Below are positions 14,322-29,243 of a DNA stretch of 64,000 nucleotides, one piece after another. Made by a program: the position numbers and the translations under genes. Source of the DNA: Octopus sinensis (Eukaryota); assembly GCF_006345805.1 (NCBI RefSeq), contig NW_021832274.1:1-64000 (forward strand), given 5' to 3'. The notes beneath the pieces were generated by a model, which searched no databases, had not been told where the DNA came from, and saw nothing but the letters and a program-made list of their open reading frames with translations. Each line of letters opens with the position of its first letter. Positions within the stretch are counted from its first letter, which is position 1.

Positions 14322-15288
14322 GTATACCAAATACAAGAGTCATTGATTCAGAGCATCTTAATTCTTAAATGCCCAGTCTACCGAACTGTAAACAATATAC
14401 ATAGCGAGATCAAGGCTTACTGGTATTCGCAGTAATACTACCGTCTGTATTAAATGAATATCAGCTTGAAGTTTTTGCCTTGTGTGTTTCTTTTGACACC
14501 ATGTGTGATAAACCAGTGTCTGCTATCAGAAATAAGTTCCTTTCCACATGAATGAATATATATTCCAAGCATAATGTTACGTAAAGTAGGGAAGTACAAG
14601 AGTCAACGAAGGTTCTTCTAGACCGATTAGAAATTATGTAACTCACATAAATGCCACCTCACAGCATTAAAAATGCATGATAAAGCGTGTTAGTTATTAC
14701 TATCCCAGATAAGTTATTCCTGAAACGAAAAACCATTGCAATGATCACGATTGGAACATCTTTGATGCAAATTTGTTTGATTAAAGCTGATATGGTACAA
14801 AACAGAAACAGAGAAATACCACAAAATAGAAATATTTCCAACGTTATCACTAGTATGACGATGACGACAACAACCACCAGCACCGCCACCACTACTACTA
14901 CTACCAGTACTACAACTGCTACTAGTACAACTACTGCTACTGGAACATATTATATCGTTGTTCCCTGGATATTGTTTGATGCTACTAATGGAACGTTAAT
15001 ATTAGGAATGTCAGCATGTTAGTTTAATCCAGCAATCAAAGAAATATTGGGCGAAAATATATTGGAACCAGGAATGGTAGAGGTTTTTCTACATAGTCTG
15101 ACCTCTATTGAATAACTATCAATAATATCTCAGTATTTTCATGGCACGCTGCATCGATTTATTTTTATCATAGGAACAAAAAAACACAAAATAAGAAAGT
15201 GTAAAACAAACTGAATAAAAGTGCATTAAACTGTTGATTATTAACATTTAATATGTTTCCTAAACTCATAGAGTGCTCTAGTAAAAAG

Positions 15289-15346
15289 TAGAACGTAAAT
15301 AACTGCAACAACAACATAAACAGTAATGATGATGGTGATGATGATG

Positions 15347-15383
<37 letters not shown>

Positions 15384-15592
15384 CGACGACGACGACGATG
15401 ATGATGGAGATGGCGCACATTCAGAAAACAGCATCACTTGGCAGTGCAAGGAATCTCTGCAAAGATCTGGAAAGATGAAAAGAAAATGCCACCTTAATTC
15501 ACTGCAAGTGAACAGCTGGTACATTTATGACACCTCCAGCAACAAGCTGAATATGTCACATAGAACAGCACCAGCAATAATAATAATAATAA

Positions 15593-15673
<81 letters not shown>

Positions 15674-15818
15674 TAATAATAATGATAATAATGCTGTTTC
15701 CTGAATGTGCGCAATGTTCATCATCATCGTCGTTGGCGTCGCCGTCGTCATCATCATCATCATCATCGTCACCATCATCATTACTGCTTTTGTTGTTGTT
15801 GCAGTTATTTACGTTCTA
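15289..15818. repeat. Inverted duplication (arms 15289-15434 and 15691-15818)
   Basis: Left arm TAGAACGTAAATAACTGCAACAACAAC..CAGTAATGATGATGGTG..(GAT)n..GCGCACATTCAGAAAACAGCAT; right arm is its diverged reverse complement. Confidence 0.8.
15421..15573 (+). mobile_element. 3' end of R4/Dong-like non-LTR element
   Basis: Translates QKTASLGSARNLCKDLER*, similar to QKTSLLGTARIFQMVLKK* at 59090-59143; shared 3' UTR motif CCTTA.TT.ACTG..AGTGAACAGCTG; followed by (AAT)n. Confidence 0.65.
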
Positions 15819-15819
15819 T

Positions 15820-16200
15820 TAATGAAGAAAAAATGCTTTCTAATTGATGTATCAATACCAGCAGATGACAACGTGTCTCAAAAAGAAATGGAGAAACTTT
15901 CAAAATACAAAGACCTGGAAATAAAGGTAACCAGAATGTGGAATCTAAAAACAGAAACAATTCCTATCATAGTAGGTGCATTAGGCATGATAAAAAAATA
16001 TTCAGACAAATACATAACAAAAACACCAGCACTTACAAACACATATAACATACAGAAAATTGCACTGCACACATCCAACGCAGAACACTTTCAATACAGT
16101 AACCATCAGAGCATCACAACAAATCACAGCACATACCCAAGGCACACAGAGCTGCGCTCGGTAGTGAAGTGAAAGCACGATATAAAAATAAAACTACTGA
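15820..16200 (+). mobile_element. R4/Dong-like LINE 3' fragment (restriction-like endonuclease domain), copy 1
   Basis: KKCFLIDVSIPADDNVSQKEMEKLSKYKDLEIKVTRMWNLKTETIPIIVGALG is the C-terminal RLE signature; 3' UTR then (AAT)n. Confidence 0.8.
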
Positions 16201-16212
16201 ATAATAATAATA

Positions 16213-16324
<112 letters not shown>

Positions 16325-16469
16325 TAATAATAATGATAATAATGCTGTTTCCTGAATGTGCGCAATGTTCATCATCATCGTCGTTGGCGTCGCCGTCGTC
16401 ATCATCATCATCATCATCGTCACCATCATCATTACTGCTTTTGTTGTTGTTGCAGTTATTTACGTTCTA

Positions 16470-16850
16470 TTAATGAAGAAAAATGCTTTCTAATTGATGT
16501 ATCAATACCAGCAGATGACAACGTGTCTCAAAAAGAAATGGAGAAACTTTCAAAATACAAAGACCTGGAAATAAAGGTAACCAGAATGTGGAATCTAAAA
16601 ACAGAAACAATTCCTATCATAGTAGGTGCATTAGGCATGATAAAAAAATATTCAGACAAATACATAACAAAAACACCAGCACTTACAAACACATATAACA
16701 TACAGAAAATTGCACTGCACACATCCAACGCAGAACACTTTCAATACAGTAACCATCAGAGCATCACAACAAATCACAGCACATACCCAAGGCACACAGA
16801 GCTGCGCTCGGTAGTGAAGTGAAAGCACGATATAAAAATAAAACTACTGA
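16470..16850 (+). mobile_element. R4/Dong-like LINE 3' fragment, copy 2 (tandem duplicate)
   Basis: Essentially identical to 15820-16200 at a ~650-bp period. Confidence 0.8.
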
Positions 16851-16862
16851 ATAATAATAATA

Positions 16863-16945
<83 letters not shown>

Positions 16946-16946
16946 C

Positions 16947-17071
<125 letters not shown>

Positions 17072-17357
17072 TAATAATAATGATAATAATAATAATGATA
17101 ATGATAATAATAATAATAACGATGCTCTTATATTTTGGCACACGTCCAGCAATTTCAGGGCTGTAGGTAAATCGATTACATTCATTTCAGTTTTCAACTC
17201 ATCCTCAAAATGGATGAAAGCCAAAGACGATATCGGCGGAAGTTTGATCCTAGATCGTCAAAAGTGAGGAGAATGCTGTTAAGCATTTTGTCCGAATTTC
17301 TAGTGATTCCATCACCTGGCCACCTTAGTAATAATAATAATAATAATAATAATAATG

Positions 17358-17506
17358 ATCCTTTCTATCCTAGGCAAAAGGTCTGAATTTTTGGGGGTAT
17401 GGGGACAACCGATCACATCGATCCCAGTACTTGACTTATACTTAACTTATCGACCACGAAAGGATGAAAAGTAAAGTCGACTTCAGCGGAATTTGAACCC
17501 AGAACG
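17358..17506 (-). mobile_element. SINE family B fragment
   Basis: ATCGAC..CGAAAGGATGAAA.G.AAAGTCGAC.TC.GCGGAATTTGAAC core shared with 39851-40635. Confidence 0.75.
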
Positions 17507-17520
17507 TATTATTATTATTA

Positions 17521-17553
<33 letters not shown>

Positions 17554-17574
17554 CATCATCATTATTATTGTTAT

Positions 17575-18060
17575 TGAATGAGAGAGCAGTGCATGCCATC
17601 AAAGTGACACTGGGGTAAAGTATACGAAGCCCAGTATACCCAGCATGACTACCCATTTAATAAGGGTATACTAGGCACATACATCACAACCATATGTGCG
17701 CGATATCGTAATCTTACATCAAGATAAACAGCGTATGACCTTGCAAGTGGGCACCAGTTAGAATTTTCTTCAGTCTGAGTAGCCCATCCCACTCAAAAGT
17801 TCCCTGAATAAGGTTTGTTTAAAAATGATAAACGAAACCTATGTTTCCATAGGTGAATTACTGAAGCCCCAAAGAATTCCTCTCAACACATGGATATGAT
17901 GTTCCCCCACTACTTGTAATCAGGGATACACACATCGTCAGCCATTAAGGCTCAACTGATTTAAGGTCAAGCAACTGACAAGTAAATCTGTGTATTGAGA
18001 ATACTTGCTGTAGCCCATTTTTTATACCAAGACAAAACATGTACATGATATCACTTCCAA
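17575..18060 (-). mobile_element. Non-coding repeat, putative 5' UTR of the R4/Dong-like element
   Basis: Reverse-complement homolog of 57048-57520, which lies directly upstream of the LINE ORF relic; flanked by (TTA)n on both sides. Confidence 0.6.
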
Positions 18061-18067
18061 TTATTAC

Positions 18068-18136
<69 letters not shown>

Positions 18137-18869
18137 CATTATTTTGTCGGCTGGCCTCTCTACACTCACCACTAATTCTACGAAGAGCGATACTTTGATG
18201 CACTAATAAATGCGCAAGCTAAGTACTTCTTCCTTTCAGAAATTTACATGATAAAACAATATGAAAGTCATTATGAGTGACTCCTACACATATTATGTAT
18301 TATATTGCAGTTACTCTAGTCTTAGTTCTCTTAGAGTTTTGTTTTGTCTTTTACTCTTTCATAATGCAATCATAAAGATTTTAGTCTGCCTCCTGCCTGG
18401 AAAATTTCTTGTGTTATTTTATCAAGAGTCGATCATTAAAGAGTTTTGCAAGCAAGCTACAGCCGTTATTTAACAGTAAATATGTAGATGAAGGTAATAC
18501 GAGATTAGCGGAGATTTTCTTTTTCGAGTTATAAAACTCAAAGAATATGGCAATATATTCACATATAAAAAAAAAATGAAATAAAAATTCAGAAAAATGA
18601 GGGAAAAAACAAAGCAACATAATTATTCTTCAAATGCATATTTTTTTTTGTCTTTTTGGTATCTGGGTTTATGAAACAAAAGATCTGCTGCAGAATACAT
18701 CTAAATGTAATAAACAGAACGCAGTTTTACATCAATGTGTATATATAACGGTATCGATCGGACTATCGAACGTTATTATACGTCGCTGGTTACAGTGCAT
18801 TTCACACCCTTTTGGCTTTCCAATTATGCTGCCCTGTTAGATAGGCGAGCAGGTCAACATTCCAGCATC

Positions 18870-19030
18870 CCTTCCGATCGCAAGGGTATTCTGCGTCGTG
18901 GTTACTTGTCAAAAGCTGAGTGGACACGAACATAGTGAAATGGAATGCTTTACTCAACAATGCAACGTGCAGACAATCTGGGAATTGAAACCAGAATCTC
19001 AGGATCGTGAACACTATGCCATGTGCCTAC
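18870..19030 (-). mobile_element. Diverged SINE related to 55001-55259
   Basis: GCTGAGTGGAC...GTGAAATG...TCAACAA.GC...GGGAAT.GAAACC resembles the reverse complement of the 55001 SINE head and body. Confidence 0.55.
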
Positions 19031-19149
19031 ATGCTTATATACACACACACATACGTACATATATACAAATATATTATATATATACGTCGCATATATATAT
19101 GTACATGTGTGTGTGTGTGTGTGTGTTCACGAGGGGCTATCTTCAGTTT

Positions 19150-19263
19150 CTTATTTCTTTATTGCCCACAATGGGCTAAACACAGGGGACAAACAAGGAC
19201 AGACAAAGGGATTAAGTCGATTACATCAGCCCCAGTGTGTAACTGGCACTTAATTTATCGACC
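19150..19263 (-). mobile_element. SINE family B tail/body fragment
   Basis: TATTTCTTTA.TGCCCACAA.GGGCTAAACACAG.GGACAAACAAGGACAGAC matches the units at 39851-40581. Confidence 0.8.
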
Positions 19264-19269
19264 TTAGGG

Positions 19270-19414
19270 CTCCCTTCAGTTTCTGTCAACCAAATCCGCT
19301 CACAAGATTTTGATCAGCCCGAGACTATCGCAGAGGACACATACTAAGGTTACACGCAGTAGGACTGAAGCAAAAATCATGTGGGTGGGAAACAAACGTC
19401 TTACCACATAGCTA
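19270..19414 (-). mobile_element. SINE family A head, diverged
   Basis: Reverse complement of the family A head and body. Confidence 0.65.
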
Positions 19415-20470
19415 CATGTATATGCCTATGCATATGTATTGGCATATAATTTGTAAGTCTGTTATTGTTATTTGTGAACTCTCGTTTCCAGACATTATCA
19501 ACTTTGCTTTAAATTTCTTCAACTCTACTCCGTTTACGCCTGGCAAATAAGTAACAACAGAAGTTGTATAACTTACCAAAATATTTGTTTCGATTTAAAT
19601 GTTTTACTGTTCCATTTCTTCAGAAAACTCTATCTTTTATGCAACCGTTTAACATCCCTCCAGTTTTGAAATGTTCATTATTTTTCTGGAGATAAATGTT
19701 AATCTTCAATTATTTCTCTTACGGTTGTGAAATGACTTTCTTGGAATCGATTTCCTATCATTTTGGCAGCTTTACATATTGTGGTATCTAACGCAGAGAA
19801 CCGAAAGCCACTGTAGATTCTTTTTCATCTGAAGTCAATGAGTATGTGATTAAATAGGCTTAGAATAAGCTGGGCAGTTATAATCCACTTTTTACTTGTT
19901 TCAACAAAAGTCTCCTATATTTCTTATTGACGCGGATACATAAAAGAAGATAGAATGGTTCCTGTTTCCATCAACAAAGTAAAATATCATTAGCACACAG
20001 ATCTGATATTTTCTCTTGTTAACCGGAACAGCAATATCATGAAGTCCACTTGGGAAATCAAACTTCTTCATAAGAACTCATTAGCATCAATAAATTAAAC
20101 GCGATCTACGACCGAAATTGTATTCATGAATTTATTTTCCTATCTGGAATGTACGAGTTTACAGAAGCATTGGTGTTGCTGCTCTAGTCATGAGAATAAA
20201 GAATGTGACGAACACGCGGTTGTGTTTTCATACACAAGTCAGCTACGACCGAGCAGTAGTACTATGAAAAGCATTCCAGCCATGGTAATCTCGATTGTTT
20301 GGCGCTATTATACATCTATTTCTACTTCCTCCAGCAGGTTCTTCTTTTTTTTATAGAAAGCAGGATGTATCTTAAGGAAAATTTGACAGCTGGATCTAGT
20401 ATGTAGAAACTATGTGAAGCATATGCATTTGGTAGAACTGGAGCATTTCGTAAAAAAGAATAATGGTAAT

Positions 20471-20985
<515 letters not shown>

Positions 20986-21488
20986 CAATAATGATAATGA
21001 TAACAATGATAAAGGTAGACATAAATGCCATCGTCATCACTCTAGCGACAATAGTTTGTTTTTTTGTTGCAATGAACCTTTAAACATATAGGCCTAATAA
21101 GAAGCAGAGAGAGAGAGAAACTATTGTGAATATTCAACATTTGTTTCTAATTTAGTATTTATACGAAACTCCACAAAATGTATTAGATGATTAGTTTTTA
21201 AATAAAGTGTACACAAAACAGTATATAAACTGATTGGTGAATACACGGCGGAGTTTGTATTAAGAAATATAATCATAGAAAACGTAAATGTCATCGGAGG
21301 GGAAAATATTTTTTACGGAAAGAAGATATATATGAAAGGTAACAACAGTAAAGAAAATGTCGACAAAAACATTTTCTTTCGTAACATTAGATCAGACATT
21401 TGATGTTATTAATGCAATTCTAGTGATGACAAAACACAATTACATATTAAAAAAAAGTATGCATACATACATGCGCACACACACATAT

Positions 21489-21543
<55 letters not shown>

Positions 21544-23042
21544 CATATATGTGTGTGTTTGTGTATGTGTGTATCTTTGTGTGTGCATGTGTGTGCGTGT
21601 ATGCATGTATTTATACATACGAGCTAATTTACAATAAGACAAGTGATAAAACAACATCGATTGAAAAACGAAAGCAAGATATTTATTGATAGAAAAGAAA
21701 AGAATATTTACTTCAATGGCGAATTATCAAAAGTATAAATGACTGCTTTTTCTATCCACGTCTGTAGTTTGCTATATTCTTTATCTTCTTGAGTTTTAGC
21801 AACAACAAAATTGACTGCAGAAGAGATAACGTAATTCCTGAATACATTTTGTCAGCGTTGCAGAAAGTTTTTTGAAAGTTTCTAGGAATTATCATACAGT
21901 TGTGAACTAAACATTTGGTATACGCTAAGATTGAAAAATATCTTCGAATTTGCAGTTTGTTAGAGAAATCACGAAGAGAAAATAATATACTTAAGTTGAA
22001 ATTCCTGAAAAGTAAGGAATTTCTGTTTTAGTGACGAACATCTTCCTTCTACTTTTCGTACAATCCTAGTATTAAATATGTCTGTTGCTAGATTCTACTG
22101 CAGTGTTTTAGATAATTCTTGGTGTAATAATATGACTCGTATTCTTCACTCAGTTCTTCAAAAAAGTTCCAAGATATATACATTATAAATTCAGTAATAC
22201 ATGTGTTTATTCTAAAAGTGGGGATATACTTCCTTGATAAGTTTTTCTGTATACGCAGCAACATCTGTATGCTTACAAAACTCTATATAACTTGTGTGTA
22301 TAATTGTGATATGTGTATAGCTGTTTGTGTATGTGTTTGTATGTGTGTATATGTATGTATGTATGTGTGTGTGTGTGTGTACATCAGGTTTTCTGAGCAT
22401 TCAAATGTCACCTGCTTTGGGAATCCTAGATATATGTAGTACAGTGCTAACGTTAGCAAGAAAGACACAATATGTACGTGTATGTATGTATATATGTATG
22501 TAAGCATGAGTTTGTGTGCATGTGCGTGTGTATGTGTATTTGTCTGTTTGTATTTCCGTGTGTAAGCTTGTCAAAGTACATGTAATCTACATAGTGTGAA
22601 AGCAACTGGAGTATACCAATCAAAATAATTTATCTCCAATGTTAAAGCGATAATATCTCCTTCACACCTTTACAGTTATATTATTCGGATCTAATGCGAA
22701 GTTGCAAAAAACGATGCTTGCATGTACATGCATGCATGCATACATACATGCATAAATACATACACACATACATATATAATGTATGCATACATAATGTATA
22801 CATACATAAATACATACATAAATACATAAATAAATACATACATACGACACTTGGCTTTAAGTAGATTTATACTGGTGATTATTGCCTCAGCAGCTTTCTT
22901 AAGAATCTGGGCCACGCAAAGCTAGAAAGGAGATGAATAAAGAAATACAATTACAAACTATTAATGGAACTATAAAATATCCATGAAAAATCTTTTAGCA
23001 TTTTAATGTGGAGTATATACATGCATACATTTATATATTTTA

Positions 23043-23405
23043 CTAGCAGTATCGCCCGGCGTTGCTCGGGTTTGTTTCAACCCTTTAGAATTGGAATGCT
23101 TGAAAAGTAAAATTTTGCATTATGTAGCTTGTTATTCTCTGCAAGTGAACATTTTTCTGGTTGAAATACACTGAAAAATGGCGACACAGCAGTCAAAAGA
23201 TGGCAAAAAATAGGGATCTTCATAGAAAAAAAGCACCTTTTTGATGTAAATAATTTTTGGTGTTAACATGGTCCGATTTGAATTTTATCTTCTACGGAAT
23301 GAAGAGCGAGCCTTCTTATATCATACTCTCAATTTTGGTCAACTTGCGTCGCAGGGTCTTGGAGTGTAAGTTGAAGGCTACCAAACTTGCCATACACAGA
23401 CAACT
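23043..23405 (-). mobile_element. Helitron-type element, 3' terminus
   Basis: Minus strand ends CCCGAGCAACGCCGGGCGATACTG-CTAG|T: subterminal GC hairpin plus CTAG before T, the canonical Helitron 3' end. The upstream extent is approximate. Confidence 0.6.
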
Positions 23406-23952
23406 ATGTGTACATCGGCGCAGACGTCACCGCGTGATTGAGGAGCTTGTTTCACAATGACGTGGACTTGGATTCTGTCCCACTCGTGGTAAATTGGTCG
23501 AGTCAAGCAAAGTCATGTCAGTAAGTTTGGTGGAATGAAACCAAAAGGTGTCCGTCGGATAAATATACACAGATGCGTACATATTTTAAATTTGTTTAAG
23601 TGGAGGGTTTTGAATATGCAAATAATGTTCTTATTCCATTATGCCGACCACACCTTAATGATGTTCAATGGTTCATCGGTTTTTGGGGTTGCATCGAAGT
23701 GGTCAAAAGGGATTAACATCCTTCTCGTAAACATCCATTAATGTTATATCGCCTGAATAAATGAATCCATGAAGATGATCAACTTGTTGCCCATGGATAA
23801 TCATCACAGGAATACCGACTGAAATTTTAAGAGACATATGAATTGTGGAAATGCGCATAGCGAGGCATTAAATGTTTTACAATTTCATCCAGGGATTATT
23901 GTTGTTACTACTACTACTACTACTACTATACTACTACTACTACTACTACTAC

Positions 23953-23996
<44 letters not shown>

Positions 23997-24044
23997 TCAA
24001 AAAAGTACCTTACGAATGAGAACCCAGGTTCAAAGTTTCCCCAA

Positions 24045-24087
24045 GACACCTAATGAAGGCCGGAGGGTATATCAGCCGAAATGTGTT
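24045..24087 (+). ncRNA. Decayed type-I hammerhead motif (third family)
   Basis: Stem I GACAC/GTGTT; CTAATGA (G>A in core); extra A; GGC(C)G...CAGCC stem II; GAAA; stem III collapsed. Located in a repeat (~23995-24165) following (AAT)n. Confidence 0.5.
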
Positions 24088-24505
24088 AACAACAAACAAG
24101 ATGAGGACAAATATCCGTCAAATATAAATAATGTAAATAATGTTTTAATGGAACATTCAAAATGTGCAGAATATATCAGAAATTTAGTGCATACTCACAT
24201 GGAATTACATTTACATGTTATGTATATTCACACACATGAGACAAAACCTAATGAATCACACATCTAATTAAACCGGTAGATACACAAATACATACATTTA
24301 CAGATATATATATATATATATAAGCATATATACATACACAGATATATTGCTGATGTATAAATTCCAGTGAAGGAGCATTGTTTCTGTTTTGGAACACAGC
24401 TCGGTATCGAATAGAAATTCTCAAAACGAAAACCAGAAAAATCATACGTTTATACGTGTTTGTTATATCTTATATTTATATATATATATATTATATATAT
24501 ATAGG

Positions 24506-24601
<96 letters not shown>

Positions 24602-24685
24602 ATGTGTGTGTATACTTGTATATGTATATATATTTGTATATATACTCATACATATACATAATACATATATAGTATATAAATCTGC

Positions 24686-24746
<61 letters not shown>

Positions 24747-24930
24747 TTACATTCATGTATACACGGACATACACGCACACACACACTCACATATGTGTGT
24801 GTATGCATGTGTGACTGAGGAATTTCCTATAAATATATATTTACAGATAATAGTCCAATATTCGCAATCACACACGTACACCGACACACATACAGACACC
24901 AACATACACGTACTCCAACCAACGCACAAT

Positions 24931-24974
<44 letters not shown>

Positions 24975-25501
24975 ACACACACACACACACAGATAAGGAC
25001 TCATTCATATATGTACATATACATATATATATAAACATATATATAGATATTTATATAATATACTTCTTATAGATTGTTATTTCAAAGGTTACATTAAAAA
25101 AGAAACAATAATAAAAATCAAAGATAAAACAAACGACAGTCCTACTCTGGTACACATGTATGTCCATAAAAAATCAATAAGAAAGTAGATCAACTAATCA
25201 ATGAATAAATCAATGGTAACGATGATTGATTTGTACACATTATACAGTATATGTATATATAAGCTAAATGTTGATGTTTTTTGATATAGACTTTAAAATC
25301 AAGAAATTACACCACATTATGTTATTGTATTGCACTGTGAACAATGAAAGTAGTTATCAATTGATATTTACCATAAATCAAGAAAATGATTTCTTTTTTT
25401 CCTTTGTGAAAGTGTGTTTATTAAATTATACTTATAAGTTTATACACTATCATATCGTCGTATCATCGTCTATTTCTGTATCTTTGACTCTGTATACACA
25501 G

Positions 25502-25544
<43 letters not shown>

Positions 25545-25666
25545 CATATATGTATGTATCTATATGCGTGTTTGTATATATTTTATCTTTTAAAAGACAT
25601 ACAAACATGTAATATATATAATGTTGTGTGTATATATTATATATAGCGTGTATATATATAGGTATA

Positions 25667-25973
25667 TCACATGATCACGTGACCGACCAGGCCATCAGAT
25701 GTTGCTACACATCGCTGGTCACAATGCGCTTCGCATTGTTTTAGCCTTCGATGACGCCACCTCGCTGGCTAAGCGAGCTGGCCAACAGAAGAAAGTGTGA
25801 GGGAAAGTTGTGGTGAAAGAGTACAGCACGGATCGCCACCACCCCCTGCCGGAACCTCGTGGAGCTTTAGGTGTCTTCGCTCAATAAACACTCACAACGC
25901 CCGGTCTGGGAATCGAAACCGCGATCCTACGGTCGCAAGTCCACTGCCCTAACCACTGGGCCATTGCGCCTCC
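25667..25973 (-). mobile_element. tRNA-derived SINE family C, full length
   Basis: Minus-strand head GGAGGCGCAATGGCCCAGTGGTTAGGGCAGTGGACTTGCGACCGTAGGATCGCGGTTTCGATTCCCAGACC (A and B boxes), flanked by (TA)n. Confidence 0.85.
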
Positions 25974-27674
25974 ACATATATAGGTATATACATACATACA
26001 TGCATATATATATATGTTTGTATGTGTGTGTGTGTGTGTATACACAATACACATACACAATACCCGCATATACACAAATATGCATTATATATGTGTGTGT
26101 ATATATATATAAATGTATATATATAAACAAACACACTTTGATTCATTAATGTAAGTTTGTATGTAAGTACGACGATGCATGTATATATGCGTCTATATAT
26201 ATGATGGTAGCATAGGCGAATAAGTAAGAATTTATCTTCACAATCATAGCAAACCACGTTCAGTGACATTAGGTCACATATTGGATGAGTAAATTACCAC
26301 AGAATCAGATCTTTGTAGGACTTCTGACTGAAACCGCGTTATTCGAAACGACATGGGATGCTGCTTTAATTCAAAAGTCTAGGCTTGCCACATGGTTAAT
26401 CATGCTGATTAAGGGTCGATGAGGGTCGATGCATGATTATAGGTTTCCGTCGAATACTCGGCCAATCGCATGTTAATTTAACGCATATTTCAATTAATAG
26501 AAGGATAAAAAATTTTATAGCCGACAATAGATGACGATCTATAATGCATAAGTTGGTACATATGAACGTACATATATGAATATACTTATATGATTTGTAG
26601 AAGTAAAAATTGACATGAAATAACTCAGCGGTTTCTAGATAAACGCTTACATGCAGAATGTTAAGGAGAATGAAAAATGATGTTATTAGCATAGAAGTTT
26701 ATGTTGTAAGAATTGATGGTAAGTAGGCAAAATACACAACTGGGTTAGAGGTCCATCATAATAATTGAAGAATGCTCGAAGAATGCTCTGACGGCGCACG
26801 TTTTAGTTGTACTGTGTGACTTAAAGTTCATTTACAGTGAAACGGAGCTTGTATATAAGCAGGTTTGTGACAGGATTCTAATAAGAAACAAATTTGGAAA
26901 GGCTTCATGGACACAAAAATTAAGGGTGCTATTCATGGCGGAGGAGTGCATTGCACAGGAAAACAATTTTTATGTAAATCTACAACCAAAGAGGATACCT
27001 TTTCCTTGGTGGTGTATAAATGGCAATTAAGGGCGGTGTGAATCTGATAACAACAAAGCGGACATATATTTATGAGAGCTTTCATGATCCTTGAAGCATT
27101 AGGAGTTGAAACAAAACATTGGAATCTGGAACAGTCAAAGCGGTTGCTCTTGGAACGAAAGATACTGAACACTTTATTCACAGATGAGGTAGACCACATG
27201 GAAATAAAACAAAACAAACAAATAATGCAAGTTTGTTTAAAAGAGAGTTCTAGGTCTGAAATTAATTTTTCACTCAAAATGTTCGAAATACTTGTGACCA
27301 GACGCTGCTTTATATTGGAGATATATGAGCAAATATTTTCACTTGAACTTGTGCACTACACTTAAATGTAATTGTTTTCATGTACCGATGAATCTAACAC
27401 CTATGACGAATCGAATCGCTAATAAAAAATAGGAAAATTCTTCCCTCCACAGTTTCAAGTCAGAGACGCCAATGCCATACTCACAAATGCCATAATCAGT
27501 TCAAATCAAAGAATTTTAAGGTGAGATGTTCATGAACTGAGAAAAAGCTTTTAGTGAAAATTCCGTAGCGGTAATAACAATCTTGTTATCATCACACGGT
27601 CAGCCAACTTGTAACTAGAGAAATCTGTCTCCATGTTTCTAAAGAAGATGTATATAAACTATTATATCACATTC

Positions 27675-27746
27675 AGAGGGCACTAAAAGGAATCACATCG
27701 GTCTAACTAAAAGAGGGCACTAAAAGGAATCACATCGGTCTAACTA
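27675..27746. repeat. 37-bp tandem duplication
   Basis: AGAGGGCACTAAAAGGAATCACATCGGTCTAACTA occurs twice with period 37. Confidence 0.95.
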
Positions 27747-28996
27747 CAAACAATCTTATTTCCCTCAACAACTCCATTCATTGAGGCCAACGAATCTGGA
27801 AATTCCGTCTTTCACAAAATTTGTTCGGAAAATCACATACTAGACATTAACATTTGCCCACTAACATGGGACATAATTGGTAAGAGAACTGATTACTTTA
27901 ACGTGGTACAGAATTGTAGACTTCGTTTCACTAAAAAGTTTCAAATGCAGAAGGAATATACATTTCCTAATCGGAGATCAAAGTTAACCTCCAAATGTCG
28001 CCACATATAAACTTTCTGCTTAGAAAACTCCTGAGACATTCAAATACTAAAATGAACAAATATCATCTCAAAAATGAATTATTATAAAAAACGGTACAAA
28101 GAAGCGCACTATCCTTGGGAAGGACACTTCTGATTTGATGAAAATAGGGACTCTCACAATCTCTGAGATATACTGTGTCGGGCCATAACCAAAGAGATTC
28201 GACTTTAGAAGAAGTGCTCTTACACCCCCACCAATTTACACACTCTTCGTTACCTTTAATATCATTTTAAGATTCACAAATGCGTAAGTCTTGCGTGTGC
28301 CCATGTGAAATCTCAGTAACGATGAAAAGAAATCAATGACAGCTTCCTACACACACACACACACACACACACTCACACAAACACATACGCCCAAATACAT
28401 GTGTGTATGGGCATACATGTGTGTGAGTGTGTGAGTGTGTGAGTGTGTGTGTGTGCATTTAAAAACGTATATGTTTGCATGTGTGTGTATAGATACTGTA
28501 CTTATATCAATCGATGTACGTTGGCCATCAGAAATTATATGTCGCGACGCAAAGTGAAACATTCCAAAGAACGTATGCAGAAATAACATCGTAAACATAA
28601 GCTGCCTACTATATACAAAACATACACTCCACCCTACTCATTGTCCTCTATTATACGTTGAACATCGTTATCAAATAAAACATAAGCAATAACTGAATTA
28701 AAATTGTGCATAATGCTGACTGCTAGTTCCATTGAAGTTGGCTTCTTCACGTTCATTAAAAGCAATCTCCTGTCAAAATGAAAAGCATTGAATCGCATCA
28801 AGCGATGGTTTTATGTTCTTTTATAATCAGTGTTTTTAGTGGGTTCGTCACCCCCCTTTCTCACTCCAGCTATATAAACAGCCGTTGCTAATTGATATTT
28901 AGTATGGCGGCCTAGTTATACTTGTTCAAGCATGTATGAACATAAACATAAGTGTGTATGGAAACGTTATATGTAAGTATGTGCATACACCTAGAC

Positions 28997-29109
<113 letters not shown>

Positions 29110-29243
29110 TAGGTAGGTGGATATATAGGTAGGTAGATATACTGATGGACAAATAGATAATTCTATATAAGTATATGCAAAGATAAATGTGTGTGTGTGT
29201 ATATGTGTACCTGTTGTGTATATTAGTAAGTGCTCCAATTTAA

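Noticed and set aside
14687-15022. Thr-rich 111-aa ORF resembling a mucin
   Set aside because: The Thr run derives from (ACT/ACA)n repeats; no splice or homology support.
25900-25973. tRNA gene (also the heads at 13905, 55001 and 60568)
   Set aside because: No complete cloverleaf; each continues into a SINE body.
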